Below, piece after piece: positions 44,901 through 59,900 of a DNA stretch of 64,000 bases. The notes below the pieces were generated by a model that saw only the letters and a list, made by a program, of their open reading frames with translations, was not told where the DNA came from and made no database searches. A program made the translations under genes and the position numbers. Origin of the DNA: an uncultured virus (IMG/VR IMGVR_UViG_3300008954_000038) (taxonomy: Duplodnaviria > Heunggongvirae > Uroviricota > Caudoviricetes); the IMG/VR virus record IMGVR_UViG_3300008954_000038, one strand, 5' to 3'. The number at the start of each line of letters is the position of its first letter. The first letter of the stretch is position 1.

Positions 44901-47900
44901 TTCGAACATAATATTACAAACAATGGTTCAGTTACTTCGCTTGCTACATCCGAGGGTGATATTTTTCCTTCGGTTGTGTCTAATGTTATAGACTTATCTA
45001 GCGTTACTGATAATAGTAAGTATTTATCTTTTAGTTCTCATCGGTCTTTTAGTGTTCAAAACGGAGACTTTTCCGTGGAGTTTTGGGTTAACTCTAATAA
45101 CTCTTATGACAGCGGAAGAAATAACTACATAATTAAGAGAGCTAATGGATTCGAGGCTTCTATAAATAGCAACAACAAAATCCAGTTTAAAATTGGAGGG
45201 TACACTTTGTCTTCTTCGTTTGCGCAAAATCAGTGGGTTCATGTTGCTGTAAGCGCTAATTTTAACAAAAGAAAGAAGCAGATGAACTTATCTTTGTTTG
45301 TGGATGGTAACCTAAAAGACTCCTTTTTTGAGCCAGCAGATGATTCAAAAGACCCCGAGGTTGTGTATTTTGGTGACTTGTCTAGTCGTGGAGATGGGCC
45401 TCTAATTATAGGTCAAGGTTTTAAGGGTAAATTATATGACGTCAGGATATATATAGGTAAGTCCAGCTACAACAAAACAATTATTAAGCCTGCTGCTCCT
45501 TTTGAAAAAGAGGCCAAGCCTAGGTCTTATAAAATTTTAAAGTATAAATCTAAAAGAGAAGTCTCAAATCAGTGCGATTGGATAATTAATAAAAATACTT
45601 TTAATAACGTTTCTTCTTCTTCATTATGGTCTTACAGCGACGGACCTAATGCTGCTGAGCCATTTTTTATGAACGAATGGGTACAAGCAGCTTCGACTAC
45701 TGAGGAGACGAATAATAGATATAATCGAGCTTTAATAAATTATATAAACGGTTACGCTTACAATGCTCCTAACAACCCTCATATTAATAAAAACTACGAA
45801 GGTACCCCTATTGAAAAAGCTTCAGATTTAGAACCAAGAATTGGTAAGCAAGGAAAAATAGTTTTTGATAATTATAAATATATAGATAAGAATGCATCAA
45901 GTAACAAAGAAATTCAATCTGCTCCGTATTTATATGAATATACAAAAGGCAACGATTTAGATATAATAAGACAACGAAACAAAGGTGGGTACGACATTGC
46001 TCTGGAAGATAAATCAGAGGAGGGGGCTTTTGCTGAAGGGTCTAGACTTAGGATAACAAAATATGTATACAAGTTGTATACCAAACGAGCTGTTGTAGTT
46101 GCTGACGTTGGTTATAAAAATAACAGAGGGCATCAGTCTGGATGGGCTTACCAGCTTCAGTTTTCTACCGACAATGGTTCTACTTGGTCTGATGTTGATT
46201 CAGACTCTACTTCTCAAGCCGAAAATATTTTTTATAATAATGAATATGTTGTTAATCCGTCTCCAGATGGACTTGGAAACATTTCCTCTTTTAATTCTTT
46301 ACCTGTGGTTTTGTTGAGATCTGATATTACCAAAAAACACAGAGTAGACGCTATGCAATTTAGGGTAAGAAAAGAGCAGAATATAAGCTTAGGTAACTCT
46401 GCTGATAGAGGAAAGGTTCTCAAGAAATTGAATTTTTTACCTTTAGAGGTAGACATACCTTCTTCTGGATGTTTGCTTGATATGACTCAGCAAGCGGAAC
46501 ACTCTGCGGTTATTAGTGATGCCAGATGGACAGAGGTTAAGTTAGATGAAAAAGAGACTTATGTTTTAATTAAAAATTCAGCCGAAAAGATTCTAAAGCC
46601 TTCAAATTCGATTAGCATCTCTTCTATTTCCGAGGAAGATTCAGGAGTAGCGACGGTAACAACAGGTAGAAATATCAATGTTTCTACTATAACAGAGTCT
46701 TCTGGTAAAGCAACGGTGACGACGTCTACAGTTCACCTTTTGAAAACAGGAGACATCGTGTCTATTTCTGGCGCTACGCCATCAGCTTATAACGATTACT
46801 TTGCGGTAACTGTTACTGGAGGCACCACCTTCACTTTTTCTATTACAGAAGGCACTGGTAATGCAAGCGGTACAATTATAGCAAACATGCCAGAGCCCCA
46901 TCTTTTAAAAACAGGAGACGTTATAAATATTACTGGCGCTACACCAGCAGCCTATAATGATAGTTTTAAGGTGGGTGTTATTAGTGACTTCACGTTTACC
47001 ATTAACATTACAGACGGTACAGGTAGCGCAACCGGTACTATTATAGCTTATAAGACTGACGTAGAAAAACTACAAATAAGCACTCTGTCTTTTAACGAAG
47101 GGGAGTCTAATAATAACGACAATTATTATCAAGACGACTCTATCGTAAATACTCTGTCTGATTTACCGGATGGACAGCCCATAGAGTTTAGGGGTTTAAC
47201 TGGCTTACGTATTTCTGGGGATTCTTTGACTTCGTTAGAGAGTATAAAAACAGTTGTTGGACTTAAGCCAAGCGGGCTTGTTTTGAACAGGGTTGAGAAA
47301 TCTTACAAGGGAAAATCTTCTGATAGTTTTATAAGGACGGGAGAATTTTTTCCTTTAAATTATGGTGAAACCAAAGCTTTTATTACTCCTTCTATTACCG
47401 GAAGTCACTTTGACGAACTGGATGATTTTAATAAGTTTGCTGATCAACCAGAAGATCCGACCAACGGCTCTTTAGTTAATTTTTCATGTCAGTCTTATAC
47501 TACTGGTGACGCTCAGGCTTCCATAGAAACGGGTGTCTCTGGTGTTAAGTTCGCCCCTTTGAATCAGTTCTATAACTCTCCTGTCATAACTGGTAGCATA
47601 ACAGTTGGAAAAGAAGACGCTGGTAAAACATTTATCACTTCTGGTGCTTTAACCTTAACGAAAACCTCAACGGACAACGCTTATGATATAACGGTTGCAA
47701 ATATAACGAATAGCAATGATCTTACTACAGTTGGCGACCCTACAATGATTACTGCAGAGACACCTGTTCCTGCTGCTACTTTAGAAAATACTGATGATAT
47801 AGTTATAATTCAAGATAGCGGTAGAGTAAAGATAGATAATGGGCACAATACTCAGAGCACAGGAATAGTAAACATATTTACTGGGGATAGTAGTAATATT

Positions 47901-50900
47901 GTTTTAGACGGGACACATGTTTCGGCTAATGGAGGTATAGCGGAAAAGAGTAACGTGGTTTTTGTAGAGCATGGAAAAATAAATCTAACAAAAGATGATG
48001 TAGGCGAAACTATAGTAGTAGACTGCGCTTCTGATGTTGTTTTACCAGATGGATTTTCGAATACAAACGACATAACATTCCTAAACTCGACAAAATATGA
48101 GACTAAGGTTTCGTGTGAAAATTTATCTAATACTATAGGGTTGGCTAGTAATAAAGTTGATTACATTCCAAAAGAGACAGCTCGAAAATACACATACAAC
48201 AGCAACTCTTGGTCTGCTTCGGATGTGGATTTAGTCAAGTTCAATCAGCTTAACCTGACAAACAGCGAATTTTCTGCAACCGGAAATACTATAGTTCATA
48301 ATGAGGATGTCGACATTAGGATAACGGGAACTATAACTAATGATACATACGTAAATATAGTAAGAAATCAAGTAAATAATTTTGATATAGAGGATGATTT
48401 GAGTGATTGGTCTACTCCTATAATTAGAGTCTATATAGATGGAACCTTAAAGCATGTTGCGCCTAGTGGTTCGTTAGGGGTGAGAATAAGTAAGAGCGCA
48501 GAAGGTTGGAAATTTAAAAAAATAAAACCTATTGTATTAAATGAAGTAGTTGTGACTCCGGCAAGTGGGGGCAAGGTCTTTTCGTACAACGGTTATGAAA
48601 AATCTGTGTCTATGAGGTTTTCTGATGGGGATTATCCTCCAAACTTTAAAGTATTTTTAGTATCAAACCAAGAGTTTTTAACAGATATAAATGTAGGTGC
48701 TTCTTCAGAAAATGAGTCGGTTAAATTCCTTAATAAGTATGGTGAAGATATTGGTTGGTCGATTGACATACCTATGGATAAACTATCTGTCGTTAGTATA
48801 TCAAAAAATCCAGAAGGATTCAACTTCACTATAAAGGAAGAGGACCAATCTAATACATATAAATTTAATCAACCCAATGACAGCTCTACTAGAGTGATAA
48901 TAAATAGAAATGAAAATTTTGGTCTAGAATTACCGACTATAACGGACGATTTTCTTAATGAAAGAGGTTTTGATTTAATTTTTTGTAATTTTTCTGAAAG
49001 CTTTTGCGCCTCTAAAACTCCTACGGAAGACACCTCTAGGCTGGATTCAAATATACCTAGCTTTAAGTCTAGAAATTATAAGTACATAAACCCAAATGTA
49101 CTAGAAACCTCATACGACAGATTTAAAACTACCTCAAAAGTAAAAGATTCATCTATAGATATAAATGATGGAGACTTTGTTTTATTAGATGGCTCTATTA
49201 CTGATCCTAGGCTCAAATCTTTCAAGACTTCATCTAGAACCAGAAAAGAACATAAGTTCTCTATGGCTAAACTAGAAAGGGACATTAATATTTGGGGAGA
49301 GACTACTAAATATATTACTTTTGATCACAACACTAATCATTTTACTCTTAAAAATCATGAGCTAAAAACTGGTCAGAGGTTGGTTTTTGCTTGCGATAAG
49401 TTGTTCGTAGCAGATCATTACTATGACGCTAGCTCTAGCGCTTTTGCGGGACAAAACAGCACAGGGCAAACTATTAATGCAGGAGAAACTGTGTTGATAT
49501 ATAGTCACTACGAGGAAAATAACTATACCCTTTTTGTAAGTAAGGGCGGAACTAGTCTTAAGGAAGAATCTATAGAGTTCCCATATTCCTTAATGGGTTT
49601 GTTTGAAACTGCTTCCCAAATAGAACCCGGGAATTTATATGAACCAGATGATCTTTTTGTTTACATAAATAATCTTGATAAGGTATATGACTTTTACGAT
49701 AATGATTTGGGCTTAACTACGGAAAAAAGTTTATCCAGCCGTATTGACTTTGAGCTTACTATAAACGAAGAAGACGACATCTCCGTTACTAAAAAGCAGA
49801 CGTTCTTTGTTGAGGTTGTGGATGATAATAAATTTAAATTATATAAAGATAGCGATCGAACCACGCCACTTACGAAAAGTAATGCAATAAGCTTTCTATC
49901 TGAAACTTTTTATGTTGAAAATATAAATGTCGGGAGCTTAAACGTAATAAACTTAGGCGACAGTGATATTGCTATAAAAAATTACTCGGAAGAAGCGGAT
50001 ATAGCTTCTCCTTTGGGGACTCTTAAGGAGGCAACTTTGCATCAACATTCTTCTTCGGTTTATACAAGTGGCGATGCCGTGGCTTCAGGTGTCTATCTTG
50101 CTACTGGATGGAACGGAACTTCGGATACTTTGGATATAGATAATTTAGAAGGACAAAATACTGTATTTCTAAGTGGTAAATTTCACGCTAAGGGTGACTT
50201 GGGTTCGGGACCTTTGGACGAAAACGGTGATCCTAGCAATGGTTTCGATAACAATTATTATGTCAACGTTGGTTTAGATGAGGTTGTTATAACAAATACA
50301 GAAGAATACGAAGAAGAGTATGTTTGGGGTACTTACGAAGACGAGAGAACAGTACCTACTTCTCATCCAACCCCTATTAGCTTTGGGGCAGATTCAAATT
50401 CTGCTGATTTAGGATGGGTGGCTGGTCAAGTAGTTAAGGTTACAGAATATGATAACGAGGTATCGAGTTTTAAGGCTTCTATAGTCTCTTACAATAATTC
50501 AACTGGAGCTATAACTTTATCTTCTATTTCTCATGTCGGAACCGCTGAAACATCTAGCAATTGGATAGTTAACCTTGTCTCTGTTAGTAAGACTTTAAAG
50601 AAAAATAGGGCTTACAAGCATACTGGCGCGGGTTTTCTTGTTGAACAAGACCAAAATTCTTCTTCGGCTAACGCTGGGGATATAATTTATTACCCCAAGA
50701 ACGAGCTGCATGTTTTAGATAGAAAATACTTAGGTAAAAACAGCCAGAACCAAACCTACAATTTTGTTTTCTTTAAGCCTGATGAACATAATGATAACTT
50801 AAAGATTGTCTTGCCGGACGCTTGGTCTAATTTAAGTAAGGTTGCAGTAGCTAATTTACACAACAGACAAATTCTTGTATCTAATTTTACTGGCGACAAG

Positions 50901-53900
50901 AGTTTTACTTTGAATGCGGATAGCGTTGTGTTTATGGAGAGCGCTACTGATTATGCAGGCGTTAATAAATCTTTATTTACTGGCGATAGTACAGACCTAA
51001 AGGGTCTTACTATCTCCTATGACGAAAATGCGCGTGAAGCTTCGGTTGAGAAAGATAATGTAGAAGAGGTCTATTACATAACAAAACCGTCAGATATAAT
51101 TGTAGATCATTCTATACATGGTGGTAAAAAAATATTCATAGATGGCCCAGCAAACTTTTTGCGGCCTTATTTAAATTCTAAAGATGGTGGGACAGACTAT
51201 AGTGGAGAAAAATACGACAACCAAACTGCTAAACCTACTTCCTTTCAGATATCAAACGTAAGCAGGGATCCTGTTGTTGTTCGTATTAATAATAAAGAGG
51301 CTTGGGGAGGTACTGGGAATGAGGAAACGGTAGCTTCTGACTCTGATAAGGACCAGTTAATATATCCTTCTCAGTTTTACTCTGTAGAAATTAATGAATT
51401 TGAAATAAAAGAGGATGAAGATGTGTATTTTAAGCACTTTACTCTAGAAAGAGCATCTTCTGCGGCTGACTTTTTTGAGTACCCCGGAACCAACCTTAAC
51501 TCAGCTAAGACCTATAATATTTTTGGTGTGGAGCTACCGCTAAAGCTTAATATATATACTTCATATTTAGATACTGGGGATGCTGAAAAAATTAATATAG
51601 TATTTCCTTTAGAGCAGAATGGTGCGCAGGTAGAGGCAGATAGCTATTTTAAGATAAGTGGTATAGGCGCTACGGATATCCCTAGGCTCAACATAGTAAA
51701 CTCTGTTTATGAAGACATAAGAATATCTTCTGTTTTGATCAAAGGAGACGCTGTTGTTGATGAGGGAGTAGTCTTAAAAAATAAAATAAAGAAGATTTTT
51801 GATGATGCTCAAATACCTATACAGGCCGCTTTCAAGTCATATGTAATATCGGCGTCGGACGCAGAGGTTACTGCTATGTTTAACGAGTCTTTTACTCCAA
51901 AGCTTTTAGGAAAAAATAAAGCTTTTAGTATAAGTTTAGCCGATATGGTAGATAGGGTTCCTTCTGTTAATGATTTATATAGTTGTTCTGCTTTTATTTA
52001 CGAGTGGGGTGTCGATGAAAACGACGAAGATATTGAGGTTCTTGGCTTACCAAGCGAGTTGCTGGCTACAGAAGAAGCTTTTATGTCCGACTTGATAAAA
52101 GTAAGTAAGAGAAATGTTAAGGAGCTCAAAAAACAGACTATTGATGCGTCTTTAGTTGATGCTGTCTTTAGTGAGTCAAGTTTTTCTAGGTCTATAACTT
52201 CAATTTCTGATTCTTTTGACATAGCGTTGCCTCATAGGAGGCTAATAGGGGATAAAGATTTTGATTTTATACTAACAAACGCTTCATATAGTAGCGTTAA
52301 TGTAGTTTTCCCAGAGGGTTTTGGGACTAGCTTTTCAATTGCGAAAGGAGAGGCTAAAAAAGTAAGTTATAAACAAAGCTCTAAAGCTTATCAGAGTGAG
52401 ACATCTGTAGCAACAGAAGTCTTAAATAAAGGTTTATATTCGACAGACTTAGATATTTTCTTGGTAAGCGAGATTACTACAGATAGTACGCCTTTTAAAG
52501 TCAAGGGTTCAGACTCTGCTTTAAACAAAGTTAAAGTTATAAATAATACAGGCACGACCCTGCATACCCAAGCTATGGGAGGAGGGGATAGGAAAACTAT
52601 AAGTAAAAATAGTTACAGTAGAGTAGCTTATAAAAATAACAGCGTTATAGAGGACGCGCAAGATAATAATGTACCATTAACACGAATTAGGGATGGAGCT
52701 ATTGTATTGGGTGATAGCTATATTAATGAGGTAGTTTTGTTTAATTCTGATAAAATTGACTTGTTAGATTTTACTAGAAAGCCTCTCTCTACTGATAAAT
52801 ATTTTAAGACAGATATTGTTCCGTTTATAAATAATACAAAGTTTAAGCGTTATAGTTTAACGAGAACTGAATCTAGTGTTGGAAGCTATGCTGTAAGAAA
52901 CGATAAGAAAAATCCAGATAAAAATACCATACCTCATCTTAATCCTATTAAACTTGAAGCAAATGGAAATAAAAGTTTAATAGATATTTCTTGTTATCTT
53001 TTTGAATTTATTCTTGAAAATATAAATGGTAAGGTGGCTTACCCTAACAAGGATTACGATTACGTTATAAAACATAATGCAAACTTTTCTTGTATCTTGT
53101 ATAATGGTGTTACAAACTTTAATGATGGAACTTATTTTTACAAACTTGACTCCGGGGGTAAGGTTGTATATGGCGTAGACGAAGAAGAGAATAAAACACT
53201 TCATACTTCTTATTCCGCAGAAGGAAAGCCTGTCTTTACCGTTACTCAGTCTGGCGCTAGCGTCACTGCTGTTAAGGGTCAGGCTTACTCTGATCAAAAA
53301 TACAAAGGGTCGGAGTTTGAGTGGGATCTAAAATGGAAAGATTCTCCGGAAAGCAAACTGTTCTTGTATCAGAAGTTTTATTTGAATAAAGCTTCCTACA
53401 ACGATAAAATAATAATATTCAAAGATCCTTTTGATATTATATATAATACCACAAACGTTAACGATGATTATTATTACAATAAAGCTAGCGCTACAAGATT
53501 AGTTAATATATCCAAAGAGTCAAGCTGCTACAAAAATCTTTTTCTGGGCGGAGAGGGAGAGCTTTTGCCTGAGTATTATATATCAGCCTCGAAAAATTGG
53601 CAGTCTGATGGGGTAAGCTTCCCTGTGGTCAGGCCGAAGTACAATCTGTCTCCGGATGAAGATAAGCTGTATGTGCTTAGGCACTTGGCTGACGTTAGGC
53701 AGTCCTCTATGTCTAATTTAAAAATAGCCAACGTTAGTAGGGGCGCTATAAAGGTGGGATATTTGGATAAGTGTGATAATGAACTTGAATGGAAAATATT
53801 TTCTTCTGAGAGAGCCGATTTTAGAACTGATGATCCTTGGGAACCTAATCAGTACGATAGCTCAGAAGGGCCAATAAACCCAAATAACGAAAAAAGGCCA

Positions 53901-56900
53901 TTACTTAAAATGGCAACCCAAATAGAAGACAACCATTTACCTCCTACGGAGGCAGATGAGCCAACTAAGCCTACTGTGCCAAATAGACAGGACCCTTTAC
54001 CTGAGGATGCTTGTGCGGAAGAACAGGTCTATGTTAAATACTCGGAAGTTCGTAAGCAGGATAAAAGAGATTGGTTTATTCGTTTAACAGACCTTGACGT
54101 TCCTCATTTCATAAGAGATAATTCTTACTTTGACGAGAAGGAACACGAAATGGAGCTCAAAACTAAAAAATTTGGGAGAATAAACGTTGACTACAGCGGA
54201 ACCAGATTTAAGTTTTCTAATATATTTGGTACCAACAAAATGGATTTCAAAGAACATCAAACAGGTTTCCAGACTATAGAAGATTATGATGATCCATATA
54301 AATTTGGTATTACGTTGCTTAGTAACAGAAGAGGAATTCAGAAAAAAATATTTTGGGAAAAAGATGTATCAGATAAGTTTTTCCCTGTCTATCTTAAGTT
54401 GCCTTGGGACATGCCGAAGGATATAATTGCTTACATGCTAAGCACTGGTCACGAGAGGCTTAGTAAGTGTTTGCATTTTAACGAAAGAAATGGAGAGATA
54501 ACCCTAGGGGGCATTCAGCCTGATAAATGTTACTCTTTAGCATCCGAATCTTTATCTTCTTATGATTTCGTTCATGATGCGACCCAAGTTGACGCGCCTC
54601 TTTCGACAAGTGGGTCGGCTCGTCATTACCACGATAAGGATTATATGCGAAGCCTTAAGAGCATGATATTTAGGCCAAAGCTAATATATAACAAAAAAGC
54701 TTATTTTTCTGGCGAAAAAATTACAGGGGGAGACCTTTCTGAATACAAGGTTACTTATCCTTACTTTTCTACTCTTTCTGTTTCTCAGTTTTCTGCGAAA
54801 GGTCTCGAGGAGACAAGTATGGAAGAAACTAGAGTGCAAGAAAAGAAGCAAATGCAGGAAGATATATCAGACGAAGCGCGAGCAGAAGGAAGAGATATTG
54901 ATATCCATACCATAACGGAGTCCTCAGGGGTAGCTACAGCGACTACCTTAGATAACCATAGCATACAGAACGGTAGCACTATAACTATTACAGGAGCTAC
55001 GCCGGAAGTTTACAATAGTAGTTTTGAGGTAACTATTACTGGAGATAAAACCTTTACTTTTTCTATAGCGGAAGGTACTGGAGACGCGAGCGGAGACCTA
55101 CTTGCTGCGAATATAAAAGATCTTGATCCTATAATATTTTCTTGGGATAAAGTCACAAAAGATTCTCACGAGAATGATTTTCTTAGTGGAAGAGTTGAGT
55201 CTATAGTTGATCATCACGTTTCTGAAAAACAAGAGCTTATACAGGGTAGAAAAATAAAAGATATAAAAGGTTTTTACGAGCAAGAAATATGGAAGGGTGA
55301 TAATGTTGGGTCTGTGGACGAGGAAGGTTATGTTGTTCAAGAGTTGAATGAAAATTACTGGAAGACTAGCCGTTTCTTTAAATTTGTTATTCCTTTAAAA
55401 GCAGGTTTTACTTACAGCAAACAAGATTCCCCTGAGGAAAAAATTATAATTAGAGATAAAGATGAGAATGAAAAAAATATAGGCTTAGCGGAGGAGGGTG
55501 ACATTGCTGAAGTAACTATACAGTTTACAGAAGAAGATGTTAATAAATATGTGGAGCTACCGGGATTAGAGTACGAAGTTTCAGCTTCCCTTACTTATAA
55601 CAGAAGTGATCTACAAACAGAAGGGGGTACTAACGTTAAGGTTGCGCAGATAAGTCTTGAACCTAAAGATTCTATGCCTTTTGTTGCAGATGGGTATATA
55701 TCTAGTTTAAATGAAGACTTTGCTTCTCCAGATGGAGATGAATATACTACTAAATCTTTAGATAATCTTGCAAAAAAATATAAAAATAATGAGCAAGACG
55801 AGGAATACAAAAAGATATCAGGTAGTTTGATGCAGTTAAAAGATAACCAAGTATATCAATCTTTAAAAAATAATTTAGGATACTCTTTTGTTCCTCTTTT
55901 CGGCGTTACTTCTGGAAATAACCCTATGGTGGGCTTTAGTTTCAACTTAAAAAGAAATTTAAATTCTTACAGGGCAATAAGATTTAGGTTGAAAAAATTA
56001 ACAGACAGGAGAATTGTATTTGATGACTTAACTAAAGATGATAAAATAGGACCTTATTTAATCAATAACCCTGACGAAGCTAATTTGCAGTATCGGTTGA
56101 ATACTAGCGTAAATAGTATAGCTTACCATGACATAGCTCATCCCGGTGGAGTTGCAACGACACCTGTTCAGGGTTGGAGTGATGTGGTTTTATCTGGTTC
56201 TGATTTAGAGCTTCCGCAATGTGCAGATGGTGACGGTATAGTTTTCAAAGAAGATAACGGAGAGATAAAAGCAGGAAAGGTTTACTACGTTAGGCTTAAT
56301 AATATTGATACTGCTAACGATAAATACAAAGTAGATGTTTTAAAAATATATTGCGACTCAGCGACTTCTTCAGCACAAGGTTTCGATAATTCAATTAAAG
56401 TTAATAGCGATTTAACAGAGAGTGGCCCTGCTCAAAAATACAAAATTGTTAATTATTTTAATTTAGATAAAAAAGCCGGAGATGAGGGGCACAGGGGTTA
56501 TACCCCAGTTATAGATAAGCTTTACCCAGAGGGTGTTGGTTCCGCTGATGATCAGGGTTTAGCAAGGGGTTCTACTTTTAATTTCCCAATTATAATAGGC
56601 TCTAAAAAGTTTTATTTGGAACGAGCGTTATATAAAAATCCCGGAGATACTACAGAATTTAGCACTTGGGCTGACACGGTTTGGGAGAGGGAAAGTTCGG
56701 GTTTTAGAGTTCGGGCTAATTTAGAAATGTCTGAAATAGCGCAGACTTTTATATCTGACTTAGGCGCTACTGAAGATATGACAACCTTTTTGAATCCCGG
56801 TTCAGATTGGAGGGACGAAGATATCTTTAATGGGGTCAAAAACCTTCTGTACAGAAGTAATAGTCAGGTCCAGTTGGTTAACTGGTATAAATCTGGCGAA

Positions 56901-59900
56901 TCTATTATTGTTAAGCTTAATGTTGAGCTTACAAAAGGAAAAGAGTATAGATGTCTTTTTAATAATGAAAAGTGGACTGACGATGAATCTTATATATCTT
57001 CAGTAAGTTTTGATGGAACCAAAAAGACCGCTTCTTTTTGTGATGTATTTACTTCCTCGTCAGGAGATTTGGATATAGAATTAAATGCCACAAAGCTTGG
57101 TATCAAAAACGAAGAGCAGTTAGATATATTTTCTGAAACAATTGGGGAAACACAAGGAAACAAAAACTTAATATTAGATCACCTCAAAAGCAGGGTATGC
57201 GTTGTCGAATCGGCTGGTTTTGTTGACCAAACAATTAAGATAGATGGGGATAATTTAGGAGTTGCTGATTATATTGATTACCAAATACCAATACTAAACA
57301 ACACAAATGATCGTGGGTTTGGTTTTCTTAATCCAGATAGCTTTTACTATACAGAAGAGCATAACGATATATTTACGAGAGGACAAAGGTGGGATAATTT
57401 AACAAGAGAAGCAGCCGGTCTGGAGGGGGATAGCTTCAATGGGTTAATGTACGATGGGCCTTTGCCTGCTGACATAAAGTATATATATCCTAGAACTCAG
57501 GTAACAGAAGGTAAGAATCAGCTTGACTTTCTTATAAGTAATGATTTTTGGGATGGTTTTATAGACAGATTTGAGGTTGAAGACGAGTATGGTTCTCAGT
57601 CGAATAGAACTAAACCAAAAAATATTGAGTTTACTTTACAACAGCTTGTTGATGAAGAGTGGGAGGATGTTAAGAATAGCAAAAATGAAATCGTCTCTTT
57701 GACCGCAAGCCAAGAATCTAGATCTGGAAAAACTGCATATGCTAAAGTCTCTGTGCCCAGTGATCCGGGGGTAATAAGTGGCGCAACTTATAGGCTTGTT
57801 ATCATTAATGAAGAAGTAGAATATTATAAAGAAGGAAAAAGGCATACCTTTTCTAATTCTAGCATGAGGGTTCCTTTTAGCTGGAAGAGCGTTGTATTTG
57901 CTTCAGAAATAACTAGCGTTAAAAACGTTTCTAGAGGAGATATTTATGAAAATAATATTAGTTTGGTTGAAAACCCAACACTTCAAAAGTCAATAGCTTT
58001 CCCTAAAGAAGGAGTATCTAAATTAGGCTCTTACTCTTATAGAAAAGATCACCCCTATCTTGGGCTTAGGGTTCCTTATACTAGGCGTTACATGTACAGA
58101 TTAGATCATAGCTTAAACGCTATCTATAGAGATAAGATAAGTCAAGGTGGTATATCTAGAGTAGAGATAACTAACTCTGGTTCTGATTATAGGCTTGCTC
58201 CAGACATAACCATTGCTTCTCCTGAAGAGGGCACGACAGCTACAGCTAAGGCTTACATAGAATCTGGAAAGTTAAAGTTTATTAAAGTCACTAATAGTGG
58301 GTCTGGTTACTCTGATTTATCAAAGCTAAATGTTAATAAATTTATAAGCAGCAACTGGGGAAGAGGAGCTGTTGTTAGGAAGGAGTGGATGATTCAGGCG
58401 GCTAAATTTACTCATAACTTTACCTTAAATGGAACAAAAGTAGTGACTCATGACGGGATAAAGAATATAGTATTTGGTTCTCTTGTGTCTGGAACAGGCA
58501 TACCTTTGGGGACAAGAGTCACAAAGGTAAATAGCTCAACTGAATTTGAAATTAGTGATAGCGCTACTGCAAGTGGAACCCAGACTCTAGCTATAGATCG
58601 AGCGGAAAGACCTATGCCCTATATATCTCTTGAAGATCAATTTGGTGTTGAGACGGCTGATGTTACGCTTAAAACTATTGATCCGGCTAAGCTGCCCAAG
58701 AGCGACCCTCGTTACGATAATCCTTGCCAAGAAAGCTTTGGTATAGATTTTGATGAGTCTGAAATTATAGCTGATTATACGGACTCTTACGAAGGTCAGG
58801 ATTTAGCTGAAGATGCTATTAGTGCCGTAACTAATTATGTAGCTTTGATAGAGGGAGCCACAGAGGACCCAAATTGGCTTGAGAAAAGTGTTGATGATAA
58901 AGCTTCCCTTATTGGGGACTTAAATGCAGGGGAAAATTCTTCTGATGTGGAATCAAAAGAGATTTCTGCTTACGGACAAACAACTGAAGACGAATATGTT
59001 GATGACATAAAAGGGACTGAGCATCCTAGCGTGCAGGGCTTATATATAGCAAAAGAAGCAGACGAAATAGAACAAACGGGCACAACTGTAAATGATGATG
59101 GAACATGCCTGAGAGAAGTCTTTCCGTCTGTTAGTTCTGGGGCAGCTAAGGCTATAGTGAATAATCAATCTTTAGCAGAATACAGAGTTGTGGAAAATGC
59201 AGTAGCTAATACCGCTACCCCTTGGCTTTCTTCTTTTTCTAGAGAAGAGAACCCTTCTTTACCTAAGGGTTTTGGTATTAATCCGGGATCTCCTTTAACT
59301 TCAGAGGTTTTTAATAATTATGCTAGAGCTGTTAATAATATGTCTCTAGTTGGTGCTTATGTTCCGGTTTTCGCTAGAGTCAGAAAGTTTAGACAGTATG
59401 AGTATAGGTATATAGACGACATGGGAGGTATTACTTTTAATGTAGAGAACCCGAAAGAAGCAGGAGAGGAAGAATCTGGGGGAGGGGTGTTAGGTTATGG
59501 TACTTGGGAAGCTGAGTCTAAAATTAATTACATAGACTTTATTGATCCAAATGATAGACAATATAAAACCGCTTGGTTTTCTGCTGACTTTGGTAATACA
59601 ATTAAATATTCAGATGATGTTACAAAAAATATAACAGGTCAAGTTTACGATACAGGGATTGAATTATACAGAGATATTGATGAGACTGACGTAGCATATA
59701 ATAGAAGATTAAAGAAGAGAAATCTTAAAATAGAAGACAGCTCTTATAAGCCTGACGATATAGGCTTACCAACCATCGTTAATATACCTAAAGAATTAGG
59801 GGTATTTTGTAATCCAAAAATGAAGCTCAAGAGGAATGAAAATGTTGGAAAAGACGTAGGGATTGAACTGCCTTCTTTAAATAATATAAGAGCTTCTGTT

